A stretch of DNA of 64,000 bases from Patescibacteria group bacterium (GCA_028714455.1 JAQTMG010000001.1:128568-192567); one strand, 5' to 3'. Shown: positions 1 to 9,473, counted from the stretch's first letter. Notes: a model not told the origin generated them from the letters alone. Made by a program: numbers and translations.

Positions 1-570
1 CTTCATCTTCATAAAAATCCAGTTTGTATGAAGCGCCAAAACGGTCGCGCAAGGGAGCGGAAATTAAGCTGATTCTGGTAGTGGCGCCGATTAAGGTAAA
101 TTTTGGCAGATCCAACCGTAGAGTTCTAGCGCTCGGTCCTTTGCCAATAATTATATCTAGGGAATAATCTTCCATGGCCGGGTAAAGTACCTCTTCAATG
201 GTTTTATTTAAACGATGAATCTCATCGATAAAAAGTATGTCGCCTTTTTCCAGATTAGTTAAAATGGCTGCCAAGTCGCCGGTTTTTTCAATGGCCGGAC
301 CAGAAGTAATTTTGATGTTTGAGCCCATTTCATTGGCAATAATATGCGCCAGCGTTGTTTTGCCCAAGCCAGGACAGCCATGAATTAACACATGCTCAAT
401 CGGTTCGCCGCGCTTTTTAGCTGCCTGTAAAAAAATATTCAAGTTATCTTTAACTTTATTTTGGCCTATATATTCATTTAATTTTTTTGGACGCAAATTC
501 TTTTCAAAAGCGACTTCTTCAGCGCTTTCTTTGGAAGAGACCACGCGGTTTTTATCTTGTTTTTTGGGCA
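1..570 (-). CDS. ruvB: Holliday junction branch migration helicase RuvB (partial; C-terminus runs off the window start)
   Basis: Minus-strand translation from the ATG at 570..568 gives MPKKQDK...[22 protein letters not shown]...DEIHRL..., which carries the Walker A motif GxxGxGKT and the RuvB AAA+ motifs. No stop is reached before position 1. Confidence 0.9.
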
Positions 571-657
571 TAAAAATAGTATTGGGTAATGGGTATTGGG
601 TTCTTGGAATATTTTTTATTAATTTCCAGGTTCCCATTACTCATTACTCAATTCTCA

Positions 658-1239
658 TTACTTCATCCTAATCTTAGCACTTGTCGCTTCATTAAATAAT
701 TTTGTCAATTCCGTATCTTTGAAATCTATTTGGTTAACCATTGACTTTGCTTTGTCATTTAATCTATTGTACATGAATTTGATTTTGTCTATCGTCTCAT
801 TTGGAGTATGCATTTCAAGATAATGCGGCAGGTTATTAAAAAATGCAACACTATCAGCTTCTTTTAAAATTTCAATATCGCCGCTACCACCAACTTCGTG
901 ATTTTCGATTAAGTGTTTAACTTTAACTATCGTGGATTCATCAAAATTATACTTCCGTAGTATCTCACACATTATTTGCGCGGATAGTAAGGCATGCTCT
1001 TCTTTGTATTCGTCGTAAGTCGCAAAATCCTGTTTTTTAATACGGCGTTCTTCAATACTTCTATCAATGTCATGACCTAAAGCGGCTAGTTGAAGTGCAA
1101 TGTTGGCGCCCGGTTTCAGTTTAAGGACCCATTGCCAAACCGAATGCAAATGATCAAATTCAGTTTTGTCCTTTGCATTCTTTGTAATAGATTTTATTTC
1201 CTCTAAGACAAGGTCAAATTTATTCATAAAATTATTCAA
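658..1239 (-). CDS. HD-domain protein (predicted metal-dependent phosphohydrolase)
   Basis: The 193-aa ORF has an H...HD metal-binding signature (LAALGHDIDRS) and later conserved His/Asp residues. Confidence 0.55.
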   Translation of the reverse strand: MNNFMNKFDLVLEEIKSITKNAKDKTEFDHLHSVWQWVLKLKPGANIALQLAALGHDIDRSIEERRIKKQDFATYDEYKEEHALLSAQIMCEILRKYNFDESTIVKVKHLIENHEVGGSGDIEILKEADSVAFFNNLPHYLEMHTPNETIDKIKFMYNRLNDKAKSMVNQIDFKDTELTKLFNEATSAKIRMK

Positions 1240-1454
1240 ACTCCAATATCAGTAAAAACATCAAATAATGTCCCAATAATTTTATAGCTAAGCTCTTTGT
1301 ATAATACCTTGTCTTGCATGTTTTTGAAAAAGATATTTTTGTAGATTTTGTCTAGAAATTCGTAGTTTTGTATACCAGTATCTTAGCTTTTTTAAGCTAA
1401 AAAAACAAGCTGAAATAAAAAAGGCCATCTGATGACGGCCTTTTTACTTTTTGT

Positions 1455-1877
1455 TTATCCGAAGTCCGGATCTGAAACATGATCAGCTTCTTTTCCGCCG
1501 ATTAAGCCAGGTGACCATCTGAACGGATTTTCCTTGGTAAGTAGTTCATCGATTTCTTTTTTTGAAAAGATTTTCAGCGGCATGATTTCAACGTCGCCCT
1601 TCAGATCAAAGGCAATGCCTTTTTCTGTGTTTGCCAGCACCAAGAGAGTGTCAATTTTGGCTTCTCTTTTTGGAAGCGTTTGCCACACCTTGCGCAGCAA
1701 TTTTTTGTCGAGTACTCCCACGATTTCCGGTTCCGTGGCGTCGACCGTGGCAGTTGTGATGGCCGGGAAATATCCCATCAGCCCATGCTTGAGCTTCAAG
1801 CAATGATAGTAGGCAATTTGCCATCCTGCCAGGTCTTGACCCAATAAATGTCCGAGACTTTCAATTGAATCATTCAC
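1455..1877 (-). CDS. hypothetical protein
   Basis: A 140-aa ORF with an intrinsic terminator-like hairpin just downstream at about 1420..1450. No recognisable motif. Confidence 0.45.
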   Translation of the reverse strand: MNDSIESLGHLLGQDLAGWQIAYYHCLKLKHGLMGYFPAITTATVDATEPEIVGVLDKKLLRKVWQTLPKREAKIDTLLVLANTEKGIAFDLKGDVEIMPLKIFSKKEIDELLTKENPFRWSPGLIGGKEADHVSDPDFG

Positions 1878-1964
1878 GATCTTTCCCTCCTTTTTTAATT
1901 TTTGTCTGACTATAACTTATAGTATCACAATAAAAAAGTCAATTATAATACAATTATAATACAA

Positions 1965-1996
1965 AAAGACGCTACACATCGTAGCGTCTTTTTTGT
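1965..1996. terminator. intrinsic terminator (bidirectional)
   Basis: A perfect hairpin, agacgctac-acatc-gtagcgtct, is flanked by A-run and T-run sequence. Confidence 0.7.
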
Positions 1997-1997
1997 T

Positions 1998-2588
1998 TTA
2001 TTTTTTATTCTGCTGCTCCTCTAATTCTTTTTCCCACTCTTCAAATGTTTTATAGCCGTCCTTTTTTATGAGGGCTGCTCCACCCGTTTTATCTTCCTGC
2101 CTTTGGGGATTTTTCCCAACAGTTGCCTGAACCAAATCTATACTTATAATTACCCTGTCTTTATCAACTCTTAGTTTTTCTATCGTGGCGGACTGTCTGT
2201 AGTCTTGTTCCTCCCACGGCGTATCTGGAAAACTAATCCCGATATCGTCTAATTTTTGGAGTGTAGAGTTTGGCTTTACTGCGTAGATTTCCAACCTTTG
2301 GCCGCCGTTACTATAGACGCTTCGTTCTTGTATCACTAAAAATCCCAGCAGCGTATCTTTATCGATAAATTTTTCCCAATTAAACGGGGGCCAGCCGTCA
2401 TGGGTTGAGGCCTGGTCTGGATAAATTTTTTCTTTAACTTTTTTTTGCAGGGTGTCTAGTATCTCTTCCAATTTTTTCGTCTGCTTTTCTTTCTCTCCGC
2501 CGATTTCTATTCTTTCTCTCATATGTTTTAAATTATTCGTTAATACTATTAACATTTTATATTTACTTTCGTAGAATGTCAAATACAA
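1998..2588 (-). CDS. hypothetical protein (start codon uncertain)
   Basis: A 196-aa ORF. A TTGACA-17-TAAAAT promoter-like sequence lies inside the annotated 5' end, so the true start may be the internal MRERIEI... methionine. Confidence 0.45.
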   Translation of the reverse strand: MYLTFYESKYKMLIVLTNNLKHMRERIEIGGEKEKQTKKLEEILDTLQKKVKEKIYPDQASTHDGWPPFNWEKFIDKDTLLGFLVIQERSVYSNGGQRLEIYAVKPNSTLQKLDDIGISFPDTPWEEQDYRQSATIEKLRVDKDRVIISIDLVQATVGKNPQRQEDKTGGAALIKKDGYKTFEEWEKELEEQQNKK

Positions 2589-2652
2589 AAAAGCTCCCTC
2601 GCGAGAGCCTCTTTGCTTTTTGAAATAAAGAACACAACTCCGATTTTACGGA

Positions 2653-2741
2653 TGGTGCCGAAGGCGGGACTCGAACCCGCACGGAGGATTAACTCCAAAG
2701 GATTTTAAGTCCTTCGTGTATACCAATTTCACCACTTCGGC
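2653..2741 (-). tRNA. tRNA-Leu (anticodon TAA), type II with long variable arm, CCA encoded
   Basis: The reverse complement reads GCCGAAGTGGTGAAATTGGTATACAC...AAGGA-CTTAAAA-TCCTT...GGGTTCGAGTCCCGCCTTCGGCACCA. This shows an acceptor stem, a D arm, an anticodon loop with TAA, a long variable arm and a GTTCGAGTC T loop. Confidence 0.85.
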
Positions 2742-2840
2742 CCCGTTAGAAGTTTATGAGGCAATGTGTCTGACGCGTATTTCACGTCAAGCGTATCTTA
2801 CCCATAAAACGGAAATATCCATAGACTTCTAACGGGGCCG
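2742..2840 (-). repeat. inverted-repeat element immediately 5' of tRNA-Leu (ccccgttagaagt ... acttctaacgggg)
   Basis: 13-nt inverted arms flank about 70 nt. A homologous element precedes tRNA-Gly at 3953..4055. Confidence 0.5.
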
Positions 2841-2881
2841 GCCATCATCTTGTAATGGTTAAAAAAATAACTCCGTGCGGA

Positions 2882-3181
2882 TTAATAAAATTTAATAAAT
2901 TTATCCTTATTGCTTTTCGGAGAATTTATTTCTTTTAAATAAAATTTTAAACGTTTTTTCAGATATCTGCCGCCAGGACCTGTTTTCAAAAATTTTTCTC
3001 TCCTTATAGCATCTACTAAATTCAAGCCAGCTTCGTAGTAAATCAAATCAAATGGTCTCCTTGGCTTAGTCGATCTTGATTTACCTTCATTATGCTCCTT
3101 AAATCTTTTTTTTAAATCACCGGTATGTCCGATGTAAAAATTCTTATCCCTTTTACTTAAAAGTACATAGGTGTAGTACAT
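2882..3181 (-). CDS. GIY-YIG nuclease family protein (small, stand-alone)
   Basis: YTYVLLS...NFYIGHTGDLKKRFKEHN carries the GIY...YIG motifs and the conserved Arg/Glu. The product is 99 aa. Confidence 0.75.
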   Translation of the reverse strand: MYYTYVLLSKRDKNFYIGHTGDLKKRFKEHNEGKSRSTKPRRPFDLIYYEAGLNLVDAIRREKFLKTGPGGRYLKKRLKFYLKEINSPKSNKDKFIKFY

Positions 3182-3251
3182 ATTTTTGTTTTTGTTCTTA
3201 AATTTCAGTGTTTCCTTTTTGTACCTCTTATATTAAAATAAAAAGGACTCT

Positions 3252-3743
3252 ATGTCAAAGCAGAAAAAAGAAATTTATTTAATTTTGCAAAACATCCGCA
3301 GTTTGTTTAATATCGGTTCGATCTTCAGGTCAGCCGATGCTTTTTCCGTTTCCAAGATTTATTTATGCGGCTATTCTGGTTTTCCTGTCGATAAACAAAT
3401 GGCCAAGATCGCTAAGACTGCGCTGGGCGCGGAAAAAACAGTGCCGTTTGAACATTATTGGCAGACAGCGACTTTGATAAAGAAATTAAAAAAACAAAAA
3501 ATCAAGATCATTGCCCTTGAATTGACGAAGGGAGCGAAGCCGCTAAACAAATTTGAGCCGAAATTTCCCTTAGCCATTATTGTGGGCAATGAAATTCTCG
3601 GAATAACCAAAAATATTTTGAAGCTAGCCGATGAAATGGTTTACATTCCCATGCAAGGGAAAAAAGAATCTTTGAATGTTGCGATTGCCGCCAGCATCGC
3701 GCTCTATGATTTGAATTTAAAAAGAAACAAAAAAACTCCGTAG
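3252..3743 (+). CDS. SpoU/TrmH-family RNA 2'-O-methyltransferase
   Basis: The 163-aa product has SPOUT motifs: NIGSIFRSADAF, IIVGNE..G and SLNVAIAASIALYDL. Confidence 0.75.
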   Translation: MSKQKKEIYLILQNIRSLFNIGSIFRSADAFSVSKIYLCGYSGFPVDKQMAKIAKTALGAEKTVPFEHYWQTATLIKKLKKQKIKIIALELTKGAKPLNKFEPKFPLAIIVGNEILGITKNILKLADEMVYIPMQGKKESLNVAIAASIALYDLNLKRNKKTP

Positions 3744-3810
3744 GAGTTCAAATAATAAATTTTTCCAATTCCTAATATCTAATACCTAATTACAAATTAC
3801 CAATTACTAA

Positions 3811-3889
3811 TTTGAGCGGGTGACCCCGCACCACAGGGGTGCGGGGTCAGGCTGGATTCTCAACCTAATTCTTGTTTGAGCGGGTGACC
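3811..3889 (-). repeat. 15-nt direct duplication of the tRNA-Gly 3' end (tttgagcgggtgacc) enclosing a GC hairpin
   Basis: Identical 15-mers lie at 3811..3825 and 3875..3889. The hairpin ccccgcacc-acag-gggtgcgggg sits between them. This is att-site-like scar architecture. Confidence 0.5.
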
Positions 3890-3952
3890 GGATTCGAACC
3901 GGCGACCTTTTCCTTGGCAAGGAAACGTTCTAGCCAACTGAACTACACCCGC
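3879..3952 (-). tRNA. tRNA-Gly (anticodon GCC), CCA not encoded
   Basis: The reverse complement reads GCGGGTG-TAGTTCAGTTGGCTAGAACG-TTTCC-TTGCCAA-GGAAA-AGGTCGCCGGTTCGAATCCGGT-CACCCGC-T. Confidence 0.85.
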
Positions 3953-4140
3953 CCAGTTAAAAGTTTATGTGATAATGCGTTTAGGCGCGTTGTTTATTCG
4001 TAGCCTAACAATGCGGTTGGACTCAATTAAACACTAACTTTTAACTGGGCCCGCCCCAATATACAAGATATATATCACACTAACTTTTAACTGTGCACGC
4101 CCAGCCTTATTCATATTACACAAACTTATAACCGGGCCCG
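3953..4140. repeat. tRNA-Gly 5'-flank inverted-repeat element followed by about 3 degenerate 45-bp tandem copies (ctaacttttaactgggcccgcc-like)
   Basis: cccagttaaaagtt (3953..3966) pairs with aacttttaactggg (4034..4047). Degenerate copies follow at about 4029, 4077 and 4119. Confidence 0.45.
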
Positions 4141-4241
4141 CATTATGTAAAACCAGTTTACTACGTTTTATAAATAAAATCAAGAGGCGATTATTGACTA
4201 TTCTTTAAAATTTAAATTATAATGAGGTAATAATACTTTAT

Positions 4242-4991
4242 ATGCCCACAGCCCTGTTATACGGTTTGATAAGCACCCTGGTTATCAGTATCATCGGCCA
4301 GGTCGGTTTTTTTGTGTTTATACTTAAAGACAATATTTTAAAGAAAATATTGATATTTTTTGTCAGTTTTTCGGCGGGCAGTTTGATTGGCGGCGCGTTT
4401 TTTCATTTATTACCGGATGTTATTGAAAAAAATGATGATATACTAATGGTCTTCGTTTGGACAATAGTCGGCTTCTGTCTATTTTTTATGATGGAAAAAT
4501 TTTTGCGCTGGCATCATTGCCATGATAAAGAGTGCGAAGAGAAAAAACATCTCGGGCAAATTAACATGGTCGGTGATGGCATTCATAATTTTTTAGATGG
4601 CGTAATCGTGATGGCCGCCTTTGTCGTCAGCCCCGCCCTTGGTTTGGCGACCAGCATTTCCATTATTTCTCACGAGATACCTCAAGAGCTGGGAGATTTT
4701 GGTGTTTTGCTTTACTCTGGCTACAACAGAACCAAGGCTATTATTTTTAATTTTTTACTTTCGGTTATCGCGGTTTTAGGAGCGCTTGTCGGCTATTTTT
4801 TGAGCAATGAAATTAGCGGATTTGCCAATGTCATAATACCGATCGCGGCCGGAGGCTTTTTCTACATTGCCGCTTCGGATTTTATCCCGGAGATGCAAAA
4901 AGAAATTAACGCCAAGAGTTCAATAATAAATTTTTTGGTATTTGTTTTGGCTCTCGCCTTCATGTTTGTGGTTAAACTCTTGGGTTTGTAA
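4242..4991 (+). CDS. zupT: ZIP-family divalent metal (zinc) transporter
   Basis: A multi-TM protein with ZIP signatures HNFLDG and HEIPQELGDFGVL and a His-rich loop (HHCHDKECEEKKH). Confidence 0.8.
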   Translation: MPTALLYGLISTLVISIIGQVGFFVFILKDNILKKILIFFVSFSAGSLIGGAFFHLLPDVIEKNDDILMVFVWTIVGFCLFFMMEKFLRWHHCHDKECEEKKHLGQINMVGDGIHNFLDGVIVMAAFVVSPALGLATSISIISHEIPQELGDFGVLLYSGYNRTKAIIFNFLLSVIAVLGALVGYFLSNEISGFANVIIPIAAGGFFYIAASDFIPEMQKEINAKSSIINFLVFVLALAFMFVVKLLGL

Positions 4992-5119
4992 ATAATTTTA
5001 GAATTTCTCTCTAAAATAAGCGAATTTTCGGCTTATTTTTTGTTTGACTGCTTGACAAATCGTTTTTTAGCTGCTACACTGTTTAGATGTTTTATAATGA
5101 AAAAGGAGGAGCGATTATA

Positions 5120-5386
5120 ATGACGTCGGAAAATAACGCGATGGTTGATGGTGAAATGCATTTGGTGCTCTTGCAAGTTCTAACCGAGATTGAACAAGAA
5201 ATACGTGATGGCCGTTGCCCGAAAGAAAAGGCAAGTCTTTATCACCAAATGGGCGCGATTCTGGGCTTGATGGACGCTCGAGAACAGCAAGAAGTCGCCT
5301 GGCAAAAAGCAGTTGAGCTAAATCCCCGTTCAGAAACTTTTCGGCAAAGCCTGACAAGTTTGCGGGAGCAAAAAGTTTCCCCCTAA
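5120..5386 (+). CDS. hypothetical small protein
   Basis: An ATG at 5120 lies 8 nt after an aaaaggagg Shine-Dalgarno sequence, and a strong terminator follows. The product is 88 aa. Confidence 0.45.
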   Translation: MTSENNAMVDGEMHLVLLQVLTEIEQEIRDGRCPKEKASLYHQMGAILGLMDAREQQEVAWQKAVELNPRSETFRQSLTSLREQKVSP

Positions 5387-5391
5387 AAACA

Positions 5392-5428
5392 AAAGGCCTC
5401 TCGCGGAGCGAGAAGGCCTTTTTCTTTT
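5392..5428. terminator. intrinsic terminator
   Basis: Hairpin ggcctctcgc-gga-gcgagaaggcc followed by a T-run. Confidence 0.7.
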
Positions 5429-5430
5429 GA

Positions 5431-5817
5431 TTATTTTGCGGCCGCTGCCGGAGTTTCGACGGAAACTGATTTTAACCAGCCGCCAAGCATGGCGCCGACT
5501 GATTTTAGGCCCTCGTTGATTTCATTATACTTAGGCTCTTTAACCAGTTCTAACTGGGCGGCCATGTCAGCAAAGACTTTCATGGTATCCAGTTTACGCA
5601 GGGCTTGCTTTAGAGTATGTTTCTTTTCGACTCTCGCCTGGCGAGTGGCGATAACGATGAGTTCCAGTATTTCCAGGATGGTGATTTCAGCGCTTTTTCG
5701 CAGAGTATTTTCCTCGCTTGAAGAAATCCCCGTGGCGCTCTGGTAGAGTTCGTAAGTTTTGTTTAAGATTGGAAATTTTTCAGAAAAATTTTCCAAAATG
5801 TCTTTCATTCTTGCCAT
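5431..5817 (-). CDS. hypothetical protein (predicted helical)
   Basis: A 128-aa ORF. No confident family assignment. Confidence 0.45.
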   Translation of the reverse strand: MARMKDILENFSEKFPILNKTYELYQSATGISSSEENTLRKSAEITILEILELIVIATRQARVEKKHTLKQALRKLDTMKVFADMAAQLELVKEPKYNEINEGLKSVGAMLGGWLKSVSVETPAAAAK

Positions 5818-5945
5818 AAATTTTTTGTTTTTAATTTTTTTGTTAGAGTTTAAATTGTCAAAGAACGCTATATTATCCTAGGATTGACAGATTGATTTTT
5901 TTATGCTACGATTCGTTATAAAATATCTTTAAGAGGAGGTGAGAA

Positions 5946-6137
5946 ATGCTCAAATTGATTTGTTGCATCTGCAGCAAAGTCTTGGGCTATTCTGAATCAG
6001 AGTTCGAAGATGAGAGCGGAGGGATTTGCCCAAGGTGTTTGAAGGAACATTATCCCGAAGAGTACGCGAGGATGAGGGAGACTGGCAAGCTGACCATAGA
6101 AGAAATCACCGAGGCCGAAGGTCTTACCCTGCATTAA
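5946..6137 (+). CDS. small zinc-ribbon protein (CxxC...CxxC)
   Basis: An aagaggaggtgag Shine-Dalgarno sequence precedes the start. Cys pairs CCIC...CPRC sit in a 63-aa product. Confidence 0.45.
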   Translation: MLKLICCICSKVLGYSESEFEDESGGICPRCLKEHYPEEYARMRETGKLTIEEITEAEGLTLH

Positions 6138-6144
6138 AGCCCCA

Positions 6145-8238
6145 TTAGCTAGAATTGGCGTGGGGCTTTTTCTTTTTTCTGGTCACGGCCACGACTCCCA
6201 GCCCCAAAAAAGCGGCGCTGGTTAATAAATATTTAAGAACATTTTTACCTTGGTTATTGGGCTCGATTTGCGATGAACCCGCCTGGTTCATCTGCGTCTT
6301 CGCGGTAGTTTTAGCGCTTTTAGCTTTCGTGGTTGTCTTGGATGTTTTGGGCGCAGCTTCTTTGGCCGGAGCGACAACTTTAACTTTTTGCGAGTCGCTA
6401 GTTTCTTCCTTCCCATCATTCACGGTCAGAGCGATTGTATACGTTCCAGCTTTTTCATATTTGTAGCTTGTTATCGGTCCGTCAAAATTTTTATCTTCAA
6501 TTTGCCAGTTGAAACTCAATTCGTCATTGTCCAAATCGTAAGAATCAGAAGCATCGCAAATAATTTCCTCACCAAGGGTCACGGATTTAGTGCAGGTGAA
6601 GTCAATTTCGGGCGCGTGGTTCAGCTTCACGATTATATTTTCCTGATTTTCAGTCGGGCTCGTTGTCCAAAACCAATCGCCATTTTCATCTCTGGCAAAG
6701 GAAACGTTTTCTGGCACAGTTTCGTCCTCGTCATATTTTATTGTTTCCAGCGTCTGGCCGCTTGGGTTAATCAGTTTAACGCTGTCTTTGTCGTTATTGA
6801 GCGCGATGCCGCTAACGCTTCTTTTTATTATCATGAATTGGCCGGGCTTGATTGCGGTCTCGCCGATCGTTTCTTTGGAGACCGTATATTTTTTCTTACT
6901 GCCGTCATTAATTTTCCAGCCGGCTAAATCGATTTCGTTTTTGCCAATATTTTTTAGCTCGATAAATTCATCCTCGAGATCGGAACCGATCGGGTTGGGA
7001 TAAATTTCATTGATGATTATATTTTTGTCTTCATCGGTCCGGCCTTCTTCAGCCGCTAGCTGGGTGTCCTTTTCTTGTTTTACCTTTTTAGCCTCTTCGG
7101 TAAGCGTTATCAGATTAGGCGTTCCCTTGGTCGGAGTTTGAGTCACGACAAAATCTTCCCTGTTGTTGTAGCTGTTGGCGCCGTCAAATATTCTGGCGGT
7201 TGAATCCGGATCTTTGGCGACCGGAGCGTTTTGGTCGGCAAAGCCGTTATCCCAATTACCGTAAGAAACCGCGTCAATAGTATTATTATTGCTGTCTTTT
7301 AAGATTAGGGCATCGCCGGCATTGTTTAATTTGCCTTTTGGTTTTTCAATGACAAAAAAGCGATTGTCATAATTTGAGCCCAGGATTCCGCTAAGTTCGG
7401 TGGCCGTGTCGGCGCCATCAATCAGTTTCCAGCCGCTAAGATCGATGTCAAAAACGTTTTTGTTGTAAATTTCCACCCATTCCACTTCTCCATCCGCGGG
7501 ATCGGAGACAAATTCGTTGATGACAACGGTACCTAACGAAATAATTTTTGGGTGAATGACTGGGGCGCTGTCTTGAGCCGGCTCTTCAGGGTTGTCATTG
7601 GGCTTCTCGCCGGTGTCACCGCTCTCGCCGCCGTTTTGTTCTTCCTCACCCTCCTCGTTATTATCCGGACCTTGATTTTGGTCACCGTCATTTTGAGAAA
7701 ATTCATTTGGTTTGCCGGCGCTGTTTGAACTGGCATGAGTGAGCCAATTTGCTTCACCGTAGTCATTTGAGTTCTGGTCGACTCTCTGCAGCGAGGTGTC
7801 CGGGCAGGGAAGATAGGTAAAAGTTTCGATTGGCTCGCCGCTTGAATTTTTTAAACCGATTTCTTCGCCACTCTCTTTTAGAGAAGACCACGAACTGTCC
7901 AAGACAGTTCCGGTAAAATTCGGATGCAGATTTATAAAGTTGTTACCGACATTGGCGATGATGGCGTACTCGCCGGCCTCGATAATAAAATCGCCCCGAA
8001 CCGCCGTGAGTTTATGGTTTGTCTGGTCCTCATAGAATTTCCAGCCAGTCATGTCCACGGCTGCCGTGCCTTTGTTTAGAATCTCCACCCACTCATTCTC
8101 GCTCTGCTCATAGGCGCCAATTTCATTTATGATGAGATCAGAATCGGCGGCGCTTGCCACCTGCGGTTTAACAAAAAATCCTGACAAAAGGAGAATTATC
8201 AGGAAAAAGAATTTGATTTTTGTTTTTGTTTTTTTCAT
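6145..8238 (-). CDS. secreted/surface protein with lamin-tail (LTD) repeats, an acidic low-complexity linker, a PKD domain and a C-terminal TM anchor
   Basis: There is an N-terminal signal peptide (MKKTKTKIKFFFLIILLLSGFFVKPQVASA). Three LTD-like blocks follow (LIINEI..EWVEILN, VVINEF..EWVEIYN..SGWKL, IIINEIYPNP..EFIELKN). A PKD-like segment is present (SFNWQIEDKNFDG...YTIALTVND). The C-terminus is a hydrophobic helix followed by KKKK. Confidence 0.7.
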   Translation of the reverse strand: MKKTKTKIKFFFLIILLLSGFFVKPQVASAADSDLIINEIGAYEQSENEWVEILNKGTAAVDMTGWKFYEDQTNHKLTAVRGDFIIEAGEYAIIANVGNNFINLHPNFTGTVLDSSWSSLKESGEEIGLKNSSGEPIETFTYLPCPDTSLQRVDQNSNDYGEANWLTHASSNSAGKPNEFSQNDGDQNQGPDNNEEGEEEQNGGESGDTGEKPNDNPEEPAQDSAPVIHPKIISLGTVVINEFVSDPADGEVEWVEIYNKNVFDIDLSGWKLIDGADTATELSGILGSNYDNRFFVIEKPKGKLNNAGDALILKDSNNNTIDAVSYGNWDNGFADQNAPVAKDPDSTARIFDGANSYNNREDFVVTQTPTKGTPNLITLTEEAKKVKQEKDTQLAAEEGRTDEDKNIIINEIYPNPIGSDLEDEFIELKNIGKNEIDLAGWKINDGSKKKYTVSKETIGETAIKPGQFMIIKRSVSGIALNNDKDSVKLINPSGQTLETIKYDEDETVPENVSFARDENGDWFWTTSPTENQENIIVKLNHAPEIDFTCTKSVTLGEEIICDASDSYDLDNDELSFNWQIEDKNFDGPITSYKYEKAGTYTIALTVNDGKEETSDSQKVKVVAPAKEAAPKTSKTTTKAKSAKTTAKTQMNQAGSSQIEPNNQGKNVLKYLLTSAAFLGLGVVAVTRKKKKPHANSS

Positions 8239-8464
8239 ATTTTTAATTTTATATTTTTAGCATAACCGGCAATTTCCCCGCGATCAACAAATAAACCAAA
8301 TAAATTTTGTTAATGTTCTTTAATAAAAAATCTAAATAAATCCGAAATAATATCGGCTATTTTTTGTTAATTATTCTTGACAGCGCCTTGTTCTTTCTGG
8401 GGATATTGCAATTTGCCCGCCGATGTATCAAAATATCACCATCATATTTAAAAAGGAGGGTGAG

Positions 8465-9022
8465 ATGAAAAATCTGGAAGGATTGGAGGATTTTTTCAGA
8501 CAAGAACTTTATCAGATAATTCAGAAGAGAAAGAATCAGTTGAGCCCAGCCATGGAGGTCGCCGAGGAAGATCTTGGTTACGTGATCTTGCTCCTCCTGC
8601 GGTTCAGCAGCCTCGAGATTTTCAAGGAGAATTTTACCAACACACCCCTGTTTGACCTGGCTTCGAAGCGACAGGCTTTCAGCCGTAGCCAGATCCAAGG
8701 CTTGGCAGACTTTTGCCTCTTCCGTGTTGGTTTTTTTCCGCTCGCTTTTGGCCGCAGACACATGCCGCCGAGAAAAAATTTCATTATCGCGGGTAGGAGC
8801 GCGTATCTAGAGCTAAGCCACGTCCTCCATCCGGCCTTGCTTTTTCTTTCTCTGGGCAAAAATTTTTTGCTTTTTACCAATCTGATCTCCGAGCTTAGAC
8901 TAAGGAACGCGAATAACATTGACGTTATGGAACTTCTTGAACTCTGGGAGGAGACGGGTAGCCACTTTGCGGAAGATCAGCTTCGCCGGATGAAAGTTGT
9001 GCCGATGCGATTGAAAACGTAA
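8465..9022 (+). CDS. hypothetical protein
   Basis: An ATG at 8465 lies 7 nt after an aaaaaggaggg Shine-Dalgarno sequence. A terminator follows at about 9026..9062. Confidence 0.4.
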   Translation: MKNLEGLEDFFRQELYQIIQKRKNQLSPAMEVAEEDLGYVILLLLRFSSLEIFKENFTNTPLFDLASKRQAFSRSQIQGLADFCLFRVGFFPLAFGRRHMPPRKNFIIAGRSAYLELSHVLHPALLFLSLGKNFLLFTNLISELRLRNANNIDVMELLELWEETGSHFAEDQLRRMKVVPMRLKT

Positions 9023-9025
9023 AAC

Positions 9026-9062
9026 AAAACCCCCTGGCCGTAAGGTCGGGGGTTTTTATTTT
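9026..9062. terminator. intrinsic terminator (bidirectional, shared with hup)
   Basis: Hairpin aaccccc-tggccgtaaggtc-gggggtt followed by a T-run. Confidence 0.7.
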
Positions 9063-9071
9063 GGCTGTTTT

Positions 9072-9353
9072 TTACAAAACCGCTTCTTTAGCCGCTTTGG
9101 CGACTCGGAATTTTACCACTGTTTTGGCCGGAATCTTGATTGAGGCGCCAGTGGCTGGATTTCTGCCCATTCTTTCCTTGCGATGGACCTTAACAAACTT
9201 GCCAAGGCCTGGAATAACAAAGACGCCGTTTTTCTTGACTTCTTTGTAAGCCATGTCAACCATTGAGGTGACGAAGTTGGCTACGTCTTTTTTCTTCATA
9301 CCGGTGCTTTCAGCTAAAGCTGCTAGCATCTGTGACTTAGTCATTTTTGCCAT
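9072..9353 (-). CDS. hup: HU-family DNA-binding protein
   Basis: MAKMTKSQMLAALAE...GFGKF...RNPATG shows canonical HU/IHF fold motifs. The product is 93 aa. Confidence 0.9.
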   Translation of the reverse strand: MAKMTKSQMLAALAESTGMKKKDVANFVTSMVDMAYKEVKKNGVFVIPGLGKFVKVHRKERMGRNPATGASIKIPAKTVVKFRVAKAAKEAVL

Positions 9354-9445
9354 ACTTTATAATGATTAGTTAATTATCTTAATTATATTATAGCAAAATA
9401 TAGGAAAATACCAAATATCTGTCGATAAAAATGTGAAAAAATAAC

Positions 9446-9473
9446 TTGACAAAAAATTACCGCCGAGTATATT
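9446..9473 (+). promoter_or_regulatory. sigma70-like promoter (TTGACA-16-TATATT) upstream of the KH-domain gene
   Basis: Hexamers read directly from the sequence. Confidence 0.4.

Noticed and set aside
571-657. ggtaatggg ... cccattac hairpin between ruvB and the HD gene as a terminator
   Set aside because: The stem encloses a loop of about 39 nt with no T-run, which is too weak to call.
8357-8919. Minus-strand ORFs of 134 and 113 aa overlapping 8465..9022
   Set aside because: The plus-strand ORF has a strong Shine-Dalgarno sequence and a terminator. The minus ORFs are basic, low-complexity antisense translations.
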